A stretch of DNA of 39,424 bases, taken from positions 1 through 39,424 of the forward strand of contig JBGATO010000034.1 in the NCBI GenBank assembly GCA_044229145.1, written 5' to 3'. Both the position numbers and the translations under genes were made by a program. The notes under the pieces were generated by a model. That model ran no database searches and was not told the DNA's origin. It worked only from the letters and a program-made list of their open reading frames with translations. Origin of the DNA: Candidatus Eiseniibacteriota bacterium. GTDB lineage: Bacteria; Eisenbacteria; RBG-16-71-46; CAZEPH01. Numbering within the stretch: position 1 is the first letter of the stretch; the number at the start of each line of letters is the position of its first letter. Of this stretch, positions 9,064 to 20,092 are shown one piece after another.

Positions 9064-11811
9064 GTGAACTCGCGTGTTCTGATTCTCGCGCGGCTGGGTG
9101 CCGCGTGGATGTCGTCGTGTATCGCCGTGGCAGCTGCGCACGGCGCGGAGGTGGCGCCGGTGCGCGCGGCCGTGCACTCCGGCCCGCGCGCGGCGACCAG
9201 CGCCACGCCGCCCGCGCTGAGCGGCAAGCTGCTCAAGGAGTGGACGTGGCGCGCGATCGGTCCGGCCAACTGCGGCGGACGCATCAGCGACTTCGCCGTG
9301 GTGGAAAAGACGCCGTCCACCTATTACGCCGGCACGGCAACCGGCGGCGCGTTCAAGACCGTCAACAACGGCACCACGTGGACGCCGGTGTTCGACAAGC
9401 AGACGACGGCATCGATCGGCGCGATGGCGGTGTGGCAGAAGAATCCCGATGTCGTGTGGATCGGCACCGGCGAACCGAACAACCGCAACTCGTCGGCGTG
9501 GGGGGACGGCGTCTATCGCTCGCTCGACGGTGGCGGCACGTGGGAGAATGTCGGCCTCAAGGCGACGCGGCACATCGCGCGCATCGTCACCGATCCCGCC
9601 GACAGCGCCACCGTGTACGTCGCCGCGATGGGGAAGCTGTGGGGGCAGAACCCCGAGCGCGGCGTGTTCAAGACCACCGACGCCGGCAAGACGTGGACGC
9701 AGGTCATGAAGGTCGATGCGCGCACCGGATGCGTCGACCTAGTGATGGACCCGCGCGACAGCAAGACGCTGTACGCCGCTTTCTATGCCCGCGAGCGCCG
9801 CGCCTTCAGCTACACCGCGGGCGGCGAGACCGGCGGCATCTTCAAGACGACGGACGGCGGCACGACGTGGACGAAGTGCACGCAGGGACTGCCGTCGCGC
9901 ACCGGCCGCATCGGTCTCGACGTGTATCGCGCCAATCCGCGCATCGTCTTCGCGGTGGTGGAGAGCGACAGCGGCGGCGCCATCTCGGTGTTCGACGGCT
10001 ACAGCAAGGCCGGCGGCGTGTTCCGCAGCGACGATGCCGGCGCGCACTGGACGCGACTGGCACCCTATGCACCGCGCGCGTTCTACTTCAGCCAAATTCG
10101 CGTGGCGCCGGACGACTCGAGCAAGGTCTACGTCGCCGGCTTCGACCTGATCGCCAGCGACGATGCAGGCGCGACGTTCCGCGGCGGCGCGACGCGCAAC
10201 ATCCACGGCGACTGTCACGCGCTGTGGATCGATCCGGCGAACTCGAAGCACATGCTGCTCGGCACCGACGGCGGCGTGTACGCGAGCTACGACCGCGCCG
10301 CCACCTGGGATTTCCACAACAACCTGGCGATCGGCGAGTTCTACAACATCACGGTGGACATGCAGGATCCGTACTTCGTCTACGGCGGATTGCAGGACAA
10401 TCAGTCGTGGGCCGGCCCGTCGAAGACCCACGTCGAGGTGGAGCAGTTCTTCGGCGACGGTGGACACCGCGGGATCACGAACGGCGACTGGTTCTGTCTC
10501 GGAGGCGGCGATGGCTTCCACGTCGCCGTGGATCCGCAGGATGCGGCGATCGTCTACAACGAATCGCAGGGCGGCGAGTTGATCCGGCAAGACCTGCGCA
10601 GCGGCAAGGTGCGCAGTCTCAAGCCGGTCGAGGCCGAGGGCAGCGAGCAATTCCGCTTCAACTGGAATACGCCGGTGGTGATGTCGCCGCACGATCCGAC
10701 GGTGCTGTGGATGGGCGGCAACCGTCTCTTCAAGCTCACGCACCGGGGCGACGAATGGGCGTTCGCAAGCCCGGACCTCACGACGCGTGATCCCAATAAG
10801 ATGCTGTCGGTGGGGAGCGGCGCCGAGACGCACTGCACCATCGTGTCGATCTCGGAGTCCGCGGCGAAGGCCGGCGTGCTGTGGTGCGGCACCGACGACG
10901 GAAAGCTGTGGACCTCGCCCGACGGTGGGGCCCATTGGACCGATTGCACGGCGAACCTCCCGCGTGGCAAAGGCGCGATGCCGGGCGGCCTGTACGTGAG
11001 CAGCATCGACGCCGGACACCAGGATCCGCTGGTCGCGTACGTGACGTTCGATGGACATCGCAGCGATGTCGTGGCGCCGTACGTGTTCGGCACCGCGGAC
11101 GGCGGCAAGACGTGGCGCTCGCTGAGTGCCGGGTTGCCGGAGTCGACGGTGTGCCAGCGGGTGCGTGAAGGTCTCACCAACCGCGACCTGTTGTACGTCG
11201 GCACCGAGCACGATATCTACCTGTCGGTGGACCGTGGCGCGCACTGGACGTCGCTCGGCGAAACCTTGCCGACGGTGGCCGTGGACGACATCGCCATCCA
11301 CCCGCGCGATCACGATCTCGTCGTCGGCACGCACGGCCGCAGCGTCTGGGTGATGGACGACGTGACACCGTTCGAGCAGTGGACGCCGCGCGTGCTGAGC
11401 GATTCGCTCACCTTCTTCGCGCCGCGTCCGGCGGTCGAATACTACACGCGCGGTCTCGGCGGCATCTGGGGCTCGCGCCTGTGGGCGGCGAAGAATCCGG
11501 CATTCGGGGCCTACTTCGACTACTTCGTCGCCGAGGAGATCGAGGGCGGCGTGTCGATCGCGCTCGCCGACTCCGCCGGCCACACGCTGAAGACGCTGAC
11601 CGGCGACGGCAAGCCGGGCCTCCATCGCGTCACCTGGGACTTCTCGGTCGGCGAGCCCTGGCAGCGGCTGTCGCGGCCGCAGTGGGAGGGCCAGCCGGCG
11701 TATCCCGCGCCTGGCACCTACACGGCGACGTTGACCTACGGCGACAAGCGCCAGGCGCTCAAGCAGACCTTCGAGGTGCGCGAGGTGCCCGGCACGGCGG
11801 ATCCCCGGTGA
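9064..11811 (+). CDS. Secreted BNR/Asp-box (VPS10/sortilin-like) beta-propeller protein, 'glycosyl hydrolase' family
   Basis: GTG at 9064 after [16 protein letters not shown], many SxDxGxTW/KTTDGGxTW Asp-boxes, [21 protein letters not shown] and a C-terminal Ig-like domain. Confidence 0.88.
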   Translation: MNSRVLILARLGAAWMSSCIAVAAAHGAEVAPVRAAVHSGPRAATSATPPALSGKLLKEWTWRAIGPANCGGRISDFAVVEKTPSTYYAGTATGGAFKTVNNGTTWTPVFDKQTTASIGAMAVWQKNPDVVWIGTGEPNNRNSSAWGDGVYRSLDGGGTWENVGLKATRHIARIVTDPADSATVYVAAMGKLWGQNPERGVFKTTDAGKTWTQVMKVDARTGCVDLVMDPRDSKTLYAAFYARERRAFSYTAGGETGGIFKTTDGGTTWTKCTQGLPSRTGRIGLDVYRANPRIVFAVVESDSGGAISVFDGYSKAGGVFRSDDAGAHWTRLAPYAPRAFYFSQIRVAPDDSSKVYVAGFDLIASDDAGATFRGGATRNIHGDCHALWIDPANSKHMLLGTDGGVYASYDRAATWDFHNNLAIGEFYNITVDMQDPYFVYGGLQDNQSWAGPSKTHVEVEQFFGDGGHRGITNGDWFCLGGGDGFHVAVDPQDAAIVYNESQGGELIRQDLRSGKVRSLKPVEAEGSEQFRFNWNTPVVMSPHDPTVLWMGGNRLFKLTHRGDEWAFASPDLTTRDPNKMLSVGSGAETHCTIVSISESAAKAGVLWCGTDDGKLWTSPDGGAHWTDCTANLPRGKGAMPGGLYVSSIDAGHQDPLVAYVTFDGHRSDVVAPYVFGTADGGKTWRSLSAGLPESTVCQRVREGLTNRDLLYVGTEHDIYLSVDRGAHWTSLGETLPTVAVDDIAIHPRDHDLVVGTHGRSVWVMDDVTPFEQWTPRVLSDSLTFFAPRPAVEYYTRGLGGIWGSRLWAAKNPAFGAYFDYFVAEEIEGGVSIALADSAGHTLKTLTGDGKPGLHRVTWDFSVGEPWQRLSRPQWEGQPAYPAPGTYTATLTYGDKRQALKQTFEVREVPGTADPR

Positions 11812-12662
11812 GTGCGCGGGTTGCCTTCGCGGTCGATGCCACCGGCCTCTATGTCGATGACGCCTGCGCCGTGTCGGCGCTCGCGGAACGCGATGTCGTC
11901 GTCGACGCGGTTCGCTGGAACGATCCCGCGGTCGACTGGGCCTCCTTCGACGCCGTGCTGCCGCGCTCGACGTGGGACTACTACCACCACGCCGAGGCGT
12001 TCGCGGCGTGGATTCGCCGCACCGCGTCGCTGACGCACGTATTCAATCCGCCCGCCGCCGTCTTGTGGAACGCGCACAAGTCGTATCTCGGCGAACTCGC
12101 GCGTGCCGGCGTGCCGACGGTGCCGACGGTGTGGCTGTGGCGCGACGCGCTGGACGACATCCCGGCGCGGCTTGCCGCGGTCCCGTGGGAGCAGGCGATC
12201 TTCAAGCCGGCGGTCAGCGCCGGCGCGTACGGCCTGCTGCACGTCGCGCGCGGCGACACCACCACGCATGACGAAATCGCCCAGTTGGTCTCCCACGGCG
12301 ACGGCATGCTGCAGCCGTACCTGCCGCTGCTCGCCTGCGAAGGGGAAACGAGTCTGCTCTACTTCGACGGCGAGTTCAGTCATGCGGTGCGGCGGCCGTC
12401 GCCGTTCGCGCACGGCATGCAGGTGGCGGGTACCGGCGAGTGTGTCACCCCGACACCGGGGGAGCGCGCCGTCGCCGACCAGGCGCTCGCCACCTTGCCG
12501 CCGGATCTCCTCTACGCGCGCATCGACCTCGCGCCGAGCGGCCTCGCGGGTCCGCTGGTGATGGAGATCGAGTTGATCGAGCCGTCGCTGTTCTTCCGCT
12601 TTTCGCCGGACGGCACGGCGCGTTTCGCCGAGGGGTTGACCGCGCGCATCGGGCACGCCTGA
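11808..12662 (+). CDS. ATP-grasp ligase, DcsG/RimK-like family
   Basis: GTGA overlap with the BNR gene stop. [10 protein letters not shown]....[39 protein letters not shown] and YARIDL...[11 protein letters not shown] motifs. Confidence 0.85.
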   Translation: MSARVAFAVDATGLYVDDACAVSALAERDVVVDAVRWNDPAVDWASFDAVLPRSTWDYYHHAEAFAAWIRRTASLTHVFNPPAAVLWNAHKSYLGELARAGVPTVPTVWLWRDALDDIPARLAAVPWEQAIFKPAVSAGAYGLLHVARGDTTTHDEIAQLVSHGDGMLQPYLPLLACEGETSLLYFDGEFSHAVRRPSPFAHGMQVAGTGECVTPTPGERAVADQALATLPPDLLYARIDLAPSGLAGPLVMEIELIEPSLFFRFSPDGTARFAEGLTARIGHA

Positions 12663-12668
12663 GCCCTG

Positions 12669-12704
12669 CCGGACGGGTCCGATCCGCGATCCGGACCCGT
12701 CCGG
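12669..12704. terminator. 13-bp perfect inverted repeat after the ATP-grasp gene
   Basis: ccggacgggtccg-N10-cggacccgtccgg; no U-tract. Confidence 0.5.
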
Positions 12705-12732
12705 TCCCGCGCGGTCTGGTAGACTGCCGCGC

Positions 12733-14574
12733 ATGCAAAAGACGACTACCCGCCACCATGCGAAGGTGGCCAACGCCCTTCGGCGCAATATCGCCATCAT
12801 CGCCCACGTCGACCATGGCAAGACCACGCTCGTCGACACTATGTTGCAGCAGAGCGGCACCTTCCGCGCGAACGAGCGCGTCGCCGAGCGCGCGATGGAC
12901 AACATCGACCTCGAGCGCGAACGCGGCATCACGATCATGGCGAAGAACACCGCGCTCCACTACAACGACACGCTGATCAACATCGTCGATACGCCCGGCC
13001 ACGCCGACTTCGGCGGGGAAGTCGAGCGCACGCTGTCGATGGTGGACGGGGTGATTCTCCTCGTCGATGCGAGCGAAGGCCCGTTGCCGCAGACGCGGTT
13101 CGTGTTGCGCAAGGCGCTCGACCGCCGCTTGGCGCCGATCGTCGTCATCAACAAGATCGACCGCTCCGACGCGCGCGCGCCGGAGGTGCTGAACGAAGTC
13201 TACGACCTGTTCATCGATCTCGATGCCACCGACGAGCAGCTCGAGTTCCCGGTGCTCTACGCGAGCGGCCGCGCCGGTACCTGTTCGCTCGACCTCGCGA
13301 CGCCGGGCACCGACTTGCGCCCGCTCTTCGACGCGATCCTCGAGGAAGTGCCGCCGCCGCACGGCGACGTCGATGCGCCGCTGCAGATGCTGGTGGCCAA
13401 CCTCGATTCGAGCGATTTCCTCGGCCGCATCGCGATCGGCCGCATCTTCAACGGCCGCTTGCGCGCCAGCGACACCGTCACCGTGCTGCGCGAGGACGCC
13501 GAGATCCAAACCGGCAAGATCACCAAGCTGCTGATGTTCGACGGCCTCAAGCGCGCCGAGGTCGCGGAGGCCGCGGCGGGCGACATCGTCTGCATCGCCG
13601 GCGTCGAGCAGGCCACCATCGGCGACACCATCGCCGACACCGAAGCGAAGATCGTCATCCCGTCGATCAAGGTCGACGAGCCGACGGTGTCGATGGTGTT
13701 CAGCGTCAACAACTCGCCGTTCTCGGGGCGCGAAGGCCAGTACGTCACCTCACGCAACCTGCGCGAGCGTCTCTACAAGGAACTCCTCGGCAACGTCTCG
13801 CTGCGTATCGAGGACACCGATTCGCCCGACCAGTTCCTGGTCGTCGGCCGCGGCGAACTCCAGTTGTCGATCCTCATCGAGATGATGCGCCGCGAAGGCT
13901 TCGAGATGTCGGTGTCGCGCCCGCAGATCGTCACGCGCGAGAAGGACGGCGTGAAGCAGGAGCCGATCGAGGACTTGGTGATCGACGTCGCCGAGGAATA
14001 CCAAGGCATGGTGATTTCGCTCGCCGGCGGCCGTCGCGGCACCATGACCAAGATGGTGAACCACGGCTCCGGCCGCGTGCGCCTCGAGTTCCGCATTCCG
14101 GCGCGCGGGCTGATCGGTTTCCGTTCGCAGTTCCTCACCGACACCCGCGGCACCGGCATCATGAACCACATCTTCGCCGGGTGGGAGCCGTGGAGCGGCG
14201 CGATTCCGTCGCGCGTCGAGGGCGTGCTGGTGGCGGACCGCGCCGGCGTCGCCACCGGCTACGCGATCTACAACCTGCAGGAGCGCGGCGAGATCTTCAT
14301 CGACCCGGGCACCGCCGTGTACGAAGGCATGATCATCGGCGAGAACGCGCGCGAGATGGACATGGACGTCAACGTGACGAAGGAGAAGAAGCTGACCAAC
14401 ATGCGGGCCAGCGGCTCCGACGACGCGCTGCGCCTGGTGCCGCCGCGTAAGCTATCGCTCGAGCAGGCCATCGAGTTCATCAACGACGACGAACTCGTCG
14501 AGGTGACGCCACAATCGCTGCGTCTGCGCAAGCGCGTCCTCGACCAGAACAAGCGGGCGAAGACGGACAAGTAG
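12733..14574 (+). CDS. typA: Translational GTPase TypA/BipA
   Basis: [65 protein letters not shown] and [12 protein letters not shown] motifs. Confidence 0.98.
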   Translation: MQKTTTRHHAKVANALRRNIAIIAHVDHGKTTLVDTMLQQSGTFRANERVAERAMDNIDLERERGITIMAKNTALHYNDTLINIVDTPGHADFGGEVERTLSMVDGVILLVDASEGPLPQTRFVLRKALDRRLAPIVVINKIDRSDARAPEVLNEVYDLFIDLDATDEQLEFPVLYASGRAGTCSLDLATPGTDLRPLFDAILEEVPPPHGDVDAPLQMLVANLDSSDFLGRIAIGRIFNGRLRASDTVTVLREDAEIQTGKITKLLMFDGLKRAEVAEAAAGDIVCIAGVEQATIGDTIADTEAKIVIPSIKVDEPTVSMVFSVNNSPFSGREGQYVTSRNLRERLYKELLGNVSLRIEDTDSPDQFLVVGRGELQLSILIEMMRREGFEMSVSRPQIVTREKDGVKQEPIEDLVIDVAEEYQGMVISLAGGRRGTMTKMVNHGSGRVRLEFRIPARGLIGFRSQFLTDTRGTGIMNHIFAGWEPWSGAIPSRVEGVLVADRAGVATGYAIYNLQERGEIFIDPGTAVYEGMIIGENAREMDMDVNVTKEKKLTNMRASGSDDALRLVPPRKLSLEQAIEFINDDELVEVTPQSLRLRKRVLDQNKRAKTDK

Positions 14575-14781
14575 CGCCGGCCGCACCCCGGGCCGTGTCC
14601 GCCGGGCGCCGGCCCCATGGTCCGCCCGGCCACCTGGCATGGATCGGGACGGCCCCCTGGCGTTTCGGCTATCCTTCGCCGCATTCCGTGGACGGCTCGG
14701 CGGCGATGACCGCCGTGCGCTCACTCGACTTCCACGCGGGCGCTTCCCAGTCAGCGCCCCTCAGGACCGAAGGACGAACCC

Positions 14782-15531
14782 ATGAACATTGTGGTGTGCG
14801 TCAAGCACGTGCCCGACACCGAGACGGTCATCAAGATCACCGGTGACGGCAAGGGCATCGAGCAGGCCGGCATCAAGTGGGTGCTCAATCCCTACGACGA
14901 ATTCGCCGTCGAGGCGGCGCTCCAGCTCAAGGAAAAGTCGGGCGGAGACGTCACCGTCATCGCCCTCGGCCCCGATGGCGCGAGCGCCACGCTGCGCACC
15001 GCGCTGGCGATGGGCGCCGACAAGGCGATCCTCGTCAAGGGCGACGCCGGCTTCAGCACGGGGCTGGGCGTGGCCAAGGCGCTCGCCGAGGTCATCAAGC
15101 CGCTCGGCGCGGACGTCGTGTTCTTCGGCAGCCGCAGCGTCGACGACGACAACGCGCAGGTCGGCCCGATGGTCGCCACGCTGCTCGACCTGCCGTGCGC
15201 GACCACCGTCACCAAGCTCGAGATCGACGGCGGCACCGCGACGTTCGAGCGCCCGATCGAAGGCGGCGTCGAGAGCGGTACCACGCCGTTGCCCGCCGTG
15301 TTCACCTGCCACAAGGGCCTCAACGAGCCGCGCTACGCCTCGCTCAAGGGCATCATGGCGGCGAAGAAGAAGCCGATCGACGAGGTCGCCGCGCCGGCCA
15401 TCGCGCCGGAGCTCGAACTCGTCTCGCTCGCGTTCCCGCCGGAGCGCCCGCCCGGCAAGGTTGTGGGCGAAGGCGTCGCCGCCGTGGCGGAACTGGTGCG
15501 CTTGCTGCGCGAAGAAGCCAAGGTCATCTAA
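14782..15531 (+). CDS. etfB: Electron transfer flavoprotein beta subunit
   Basis: MNIVVCVKHVPD, NPYDEFAVEAAL, ALAMGAD, QVGPM and LNEPRYASLKGIMAAKKK motifs. Confidence 0.96.
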   Translation: MNIVVCVKHVPDTETVIKITGDGKGIEQAGIKWVLNPYDEFAVEAALQLKEKSGGDVTVIALGPDGASATLRTALAMGADKAILVKGDAGFSTGLGVAKALAEVIKPLGADVVFFGSRSVDDDNAQVGPMVATLLDLPCATTVTKLEIDGGTATFERPIEGGVESGTTPLPAVFTCHKGLNEPRYASLKGIMAAKKKPIDEVAAPAIAPELELVSLAFPPERPPGKVVGEGVAAVAELVRLLREEAKVI

Positions 15532-15556
15532 CCGGATCGGAAAGGAGAGGACGAAG

Positions 15557-16534
15557 ATGGGTCAGATTCTCGTATTCGCCGAACAGCGATCCGGTGCGTT
15601 GCGCGCGACGGCCGCCGAAGCGGTGTCGGTGGCGCGCGGCGTCGCGAACGATCTCGGCGCCTCGCTGACGGCCGTGTTGATCGGCAGCGGCGTCGCGGGT
15701 TTGGCGAGCGAACTCGGACAGTACGGCGCCGACCGCGTCGTCGTGTACGACCACGCGGACCTCGAGATGTTCGCCCCGGCGGCCTATGCACGCTGCCTGG
15801 CGGATGCGGCGACGGAGTGCGGCGCCGCCGTGGTGCTCGGGTCGTCGAGCGCGATGGGCAAGGACTTGTTGCCGCGCGTCGCGGCACTACTCGATGCGGC
15901 GTGCGTCAGTGACGCAACCGGCGTCGCGGTGCAGGGCGGCCGCGTGGTGTTCAGTCGTCCGGTGTACGCCGGCAAGGCGGTGATCACGCAGGCGGCGACC
16001 ACGCCGGTGGTGGTCGGCGGACTGCGCCCGAAGGTGTTCGGCGTCAAGCCATCGGCGGCGCCGGGCGCCGTGGAAACCAAGGCGCCGGCTCTCGCCGCGG
16101 GCGATCTGCGTGTCAAGACGACGGGTGTCGCGAAGGCGAGCGGGGACGCGCTCGACGTCGCCGAAGCCGACGTCATCGTCGCCGGCGGCCGCTCGCTGAA
16201 GTCGGCGGAAGGCTTCGAGATGCTGGAGCAGACCGCGAAGATCCTCGGTGCCGCGGTCGGCGCCTCGCGTGCCGCGGTGGACGCCGGCTACCGGCCGCAC
16301 CGCGATCAGGTCGGCCTCACCGGCAAGCTGGTGTCGCCGTCGCTCTACATCGCGGTGGGCATCAGCGGCGCCATCCAGCACCTTGCCGGCATGACCGGCA
16401 GCAAGGTCATCGTCGCCATCAACAAGGATGCCGAGTGTCCGATGGTGAAGAAGGCGACCTACACGGTGCTCGGCGATCTGTTCGAGATCATGCCGGCGTT
16501 GAATGCGGAACTCGCGAAGGTGGTGGGGCACTAA
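15557..16534 (+). CDS. etfA: Electron transfer flavoprotein alpha subunit
   Basis: ATG at 15557 after [32 protein letters not shown] and [26 protein letters not shown] motifs. Confidence 0.96.
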   Translation: MGQILVFAEQRSGALRATAAEAVSVARGVANDLGASLTAVLIGSGVAGLASELGQYGADRVVVYDHADLEMFAPAAYARCLADAATECGAAVVLGSSSAMGKDLLPRVAALLDAACVSDATGVAVQGGRVVFSRPVYAGKAVITQAATTPVVVGGLRPKVFGVKPSAAPGAVETKAPALAAGDLRVKTTGVAKASGDALDVAEADVIVAGGRSLKSAEGFEMLEQTAKILGAAVGASRAAVDAGYRPHRDQVGLTGKLVSPSLYIAVGISGAIQHLAGMTGSKVIVAINKDAECPMVKKATYTVLGDLFEIMPALNAELAKVVGH

Positions 16535-16554
16535 AGCGCCCTGCCGCACGCGCG

Positions 16555-16586
16555 ACGGCCGGCGTCCCCGAGGGGGCGCCGGCCGT
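16555..16586. terminator. Intrinsic terminator-like hairpin after etfA (convergent with the kinase gene)
   Basis: acggccggcgtccc-cgag-ggggcgccggccgt followed by ttgcgttgt. Confidence 0.65.
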
Positions 16587-16629
16587 TTGCGTTGTGCGCC
16601 CCGATCTCCACGAGACATCGGGAGGTGTC

Positions 16630-19600
16630 CTACGCGGCGCGGGCGCGATCCTCTCCGCCGGCGGTGCTCCAGCGCCGCACCATCGCCTGCAGATCCTCGA
16701 AGCGCACCGGCTTCGGCAGGAAATCGTCCATGCCGGCCGCGAGACAGGTGTCGCGGTCGCCTTCGAGTGCGTTCGCGGTGAGCGCGATGATCGGCGTCCG
16801 CCGGCCGGAGGCTTCGATGGAACGGATCTGGCGCGTCGCGTCGTAGCCGTCGAGGCCCGGCATCTGACAATCCATGAACACCAGGTCGAAGGACTGCGCG
16901 ACATACTGGGCCACGCCTTCGGTCCCGTCGCTGGCGACCGTGACGTCGCAACCGCACTGGCGCAACATGCGCGATGCCACCATCTGGTTGATCGCATTGT
17001 CCTCGACGACGAGGACGCGCAATGCGGGGGCGTCGTCGGCCTCCGTGGCGGCCGGCGGTGCCGGAGGGGCCGTCGCGGACGCCAGGGTCCCCTCCAGCGT
17101 GATGAATGCCGGCGCATCCGGCCCGACCGCGGCGACCAGCAAGTCGCGAAGCCGCGGGGCACTCCAGGGGCGCGTGATCCACCCATCCGCGCCGGCGCGC
17201 GTCAGGCGATCGCGATTGCCCAGGGCGGTGTGCGAACCGACGAGCAGGATGCGCGGGTGACCGCAGCTGCTGTCGTCGCGCAGGGCACGGACAGCGTCGT
17301 CCCCGCCACCGGGCAGCGATTCGCCCACCAAGGCCAATCGCACGGGGTCGCCGGTCCGTTCCGCATCGCGCAGCACGAGCCGCACTTGTTCCCAAGACGC
17401 GGCCTCATCGACTCGCGCGCCCCATGCCACCAACCACTCGCGTAGGGCGGCGTGATTCGCGCGCGCGTCGTCGGCCACCAGTATGCGGACGTCGCGAAGC
17501 GCTTCGACGGCGCGTACCGGCGTCGCGGCTGGCGCCAGCGGCAGCCGCAGCGAAATCCAGAACGTCGACCCGTCGCCTTCGACCGACTCCACGCCGATGC
17601 TGCCGCCCATGAGGTCGACGAGACGGCGGCTGATCGCCAGCCCGAGGCCGGTGCCGCCGAAGCGGCGGCTCGTCGAGGCGTCGGCCTGCGTGAACGGCTG
17701 GAAGAGCGCGCGCTGGGTCTCCGGCGAGATGCCGATGCCGGTGTCGCTGACGCGCAGTTGGAGCGCGGCCGAGCCGTCGGCCTGCGCGCTGCCGCTGACG
17801 TCGAGTGAGACATGTCCGTGCTCGGTGAATTTGAGAGCGTTGCCCAACAGATTGAGCAGCACCTGGCGCACACGGCCGGCGTCACCGACGACCTGCGTCG
17901 GGACCCACGGCGGGTAATGCATCGACAGATCGATCTTCTTCTCGGCCGCGCGCGGCATCATCAACCCGCAGACGTCGCGGCATGCCGCCGCGAGATCGAA
18001 CGGCCGTTCGTCGAGCACCATGCGACCGGCTTCGATCTTCGAGAAGTCGAGGACGTCGTTCAGAATCGTGAGCAAGGCGTCGGCGGAGGTGCTGATCGTC
18101 TGCACGTACTCGCGCTGTTCCTGGCTGAGAGGTGTCTGGAGCAAGAACGACGTCATCCCCATGACGCCGTTCATCGGGGTCCGGATCTCGTGCGACATCG
18201 TCGCCAGGAATTCGCTCTTGGCACGGCTCGCCGCATCCGCCGCGTCACGTGCCTGCCGCAATTCCTCCTCGCTGCGGCGCCGCGCAGTGACGTCCTCGAG
18301 CACACAGGCGAAGCGCGGGTATTGCGCGGTGGTGTCGGGAAGGGGATACACCGCTCCGGCCAGTGATTGCCACGCCTCGCCTTCGCCGCGCGTGAACTCG
18401 ATGGGCACTGGTTGCTGCGCATCGCGGGCGCGGCGCACGGCTTCCACCCACGTCGCGACCTCCGGACCTTCCATGACCAGTGCCGGGTGGACGGGGTGCG
18501 CGCCGGCGTGCTCGCCTCGCACGGGCGAACTGATCGTGCCGACGAATGACGACAGCCGATCGTTGTAGAGCAAGTGGTGGATGGTCCCGGCGCGTTCGTT
18601 CCATTCGAGAATGCCGCGCATCATGCTGCCGCCATCGAAGAATGCCCGCAGCAGCAGCTCGTTCTCGCGCAGGCGGAGATGCGAGTGCGCAAGCGAATCG
18701 AGCATCGCATTGATCGAACGCGCGAAATCGGCGAATTCATCGTTGCCCGGCACGCTCACCCGTTCGCTATGGCGGCCTTCACGGGCGATGGCGTCCGCCT
18801 GGACGGTCAGCGACCCGAGACGCGAGAACACGCGATGGTCGAGGATCGCGCGCACCAAGCCGCCGAGCACGAGCAGCGTGAGGAGCACCGAGGCCATTTG
18901 CAGCATGAGTTCGCTGACGCCTTCGCGCCACACGTCACGCGGGTCGGTCACCTGCACGAACAGCGCCGGCGCGCCGCGCCAGTCGGGGAAGGTCGCGTAG
19001 CCGGCGATCCGCTGTCCGTCGAGGACTTGGGTGGTGACCGGATGCGCGCCAATTGGAACGTCGAGGGCGGCGCGTGCCGCGGCCGGCACCATGCGATCGT
19101 CCAGGCTGCGCAGCGTGATCCCGAGGTGCGTACGTGTGCTGAGGGCCGTGCACGCGGCATCGTTGAGGAGCCGTCCGAAGATCAACACACCGCGCGGCGG
19201 CCGGTCGCGATCATTGTTGAGGATAGGCTGCGCTGCAAAGAGAATCGGGCCGCGCGGCGTGGAGAAGGCGCCAGAGCGTGTTTCGGCCGGCGCGATATGC
19301 CGGGTAGGCCCGTCTGGCGCGATGAACGCCCGCACGATTTCCGGGTCCACCGGGACGATCTGCCGATGGATGCGATCCGGCGCGTAACTTGCCACCAATT
19401 GTCCGCGTGCATCGATGAGCAACATGAGATCGATGCGCAGGGCCTCGTAGCTGTCATAGGCGAGGTTGTCGTCGGGCCACGCCGGATTCTCCCCGCCGAC
19501 GAATTTGTACGTCTCGGTCCACGCGCCCCAGTCGGTGCACCGCGAGGCGAGGTCCTCGGCGGATTCATCGAGTGCGTTCAACACGCGGAGGGCATCGCGC

Positions 19601-19728
19601 GTCACGCTGCGGTCCTCGAGTGCGCGGAGGCGATGCAAGGTGAACGTCGTCAACACGGCGCCGAGCACTAGCGCCAGCGCCAGGTAGGCGGTTCCGAGCT
19701 TCACCAAGATGTCGCGGCGCAGCTTCAC
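16630..19728 (-). CDS. Membrane hybrid sensor histidine kinase (CHASE4-HAMP-PAS-like-HisKA-HATPase-pseudoREC-REC)
   Basis: GTG at 19728 after GAGGTG. CHASE4 motif [13 protein letters not shown]-box [38 protein letters not shown] and a C-terminal receiver [10 protein letters not shown]...KP. Confidence 0.93.
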   Translation of the reverse strand: MKLRRDILVKLGTAYLALALVLGAVLTTFTLHRLRALEDRSVTRDALRVLNALDESAEDLASRCTDWGAWTETYKFVGGENPAWPDDNLAYDSYEALRIDLMLLIDARGQLVASYAPDRIHRQIVPVDPEIVRAFIAPDGPTRHIAPAETRSGAFSTPRGPILFAAQPILNNDRDRPPRGVLIFGRLLNDAACTALSTRTHLGITLRSLDDRMVPAAARAALDVPIGAHPVTTQVLDGQRIAGYATFPDWRGAPALFVQVTDPRDVWREGVSELMLQMASVLLTLLVLGGLVRAILDHRVFSRLGSLTVQADAIAREGRHSERVSVPGNDEFADFARSINAMLDSLAHSHLRLRENELLLRAFFDGGSMMRGILEWNERAGTIHHLLYNDRLSSFVGTISSPVRGEHAGAHPVHPALVMEGPEVATWVEAVRRARDAQQPVPIEFTRGEGEAWQSLAGAVYPLPDTTAQYPRFACVLEDVTARRRSEEELRQARDAADAASRAKSEFLATMSHEIRTPMNGVMGMTSFLLQTPLSQEQREYVQTISTSADALLTILNDVLDFSKIEAGRMVLDERPFDLAAACRDVCGLMMPRAAEKKIDLSMHYPPWVPTQVVGDAGRVRQVLLNLLGNALKFTEHGHVSLDVSGSAQADGSAALQLRVSDTGIGISPETQRALFQPFTQADASTSRRFGGTGLGLAISRRLVDLMGGSIGVESVEGDGSTFWISLRLPLAPAATPVRAVEALRDVRILVADDARANHAALREWLVAWGARVDEAASWEQVRLVLRDAERTGDPVRLALVGESLPGGGDDAVRALRDDSSCGHPRILLVGSHTALGNRDRLTRAGADGWITRPWSAPRLRDLLVAAVGPDAPAFITLEGTLASATAPPAPPAATEADDAPALRVLVVEDNAINQMVASRMLRQCGCDVTVASDGTEGVAQYVAQSFDLVFMDCQMPGLDGYDATRQIRSIEASGRRTPIIALTANALEGDRDTCLAAGMDDFLPKPVRFEDLQAMVRRWSTAGGEDRARAA

Positions 19729-19835
19729 GGACGCGCACCTCGACGCGCCGGCGGCGCCGGGCGGGCGGGGCCGAATGGACGAGACGGCGTAAGGGACGCG
19801 GCTGCGCACCCCAGACGAGTGTCTGGTGCTGACAT
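19725..19835 (-). CDS. Putative 36-aa upstream ORF translationally coupled to the hybrid kinase
   Basis: GAGAAGGA RBS 6 nt before ATG at 19835. The TGA stop overlaps the kinase GTG (GTGA). No recognisable homology. Confidence 0.3.
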   Translation of the reverse strand: MSAPDTRLGCAAASLTPSRPFGPARPAPPARRGARP

Positions 19836-20092
19836 GGGAGATCCTTCTCTTTCAGTTCCGCCCGTGCCCCACCGCGGCGTCGGGAGGCGCGCGGGGGTGG
19901 CGGTCGCAGAGAGTATCGGCACACGACCGGGCAGGTCGCGGCGCCGCCCGGCGATCGTGCAATTTGCATGGCCGCGACGCGCTATCTGCCGCGCCGCCGG
20001 TCGTGGCGGCCCGCCCAACTCAGCCGCGACACGCTCCCGGCTTTTCGGTATTGTCGCGCGGTTACGGCCGTCCACCCCCGAGGAGCATGGCG

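Noticed and set aside
5442..12662. RiPP/graspetide biosynthetic cluster (MFS + POP + ATP-grasp)
   Set aside because: No precursor peptide is visible, the POP is a secreted S9A type, and the ATP-grasp enzyme has DcsG-like rather than graspetide-synthetase motifs.
14575..14781. Possible riboswitch or ncRNA in the typA-etfB intergenic region
   Set aside because: Only short GC-rich stems (for example gggcgct/agcgccc) are present. I recognise no FMN, SAM, cobalamin or c-di-GMP consensus.
19911..19970. Sigma-54 promoter upstream of fadD
   Set aside because: GGCAC is not followed by TTGC at the required -24/-12 spacing.
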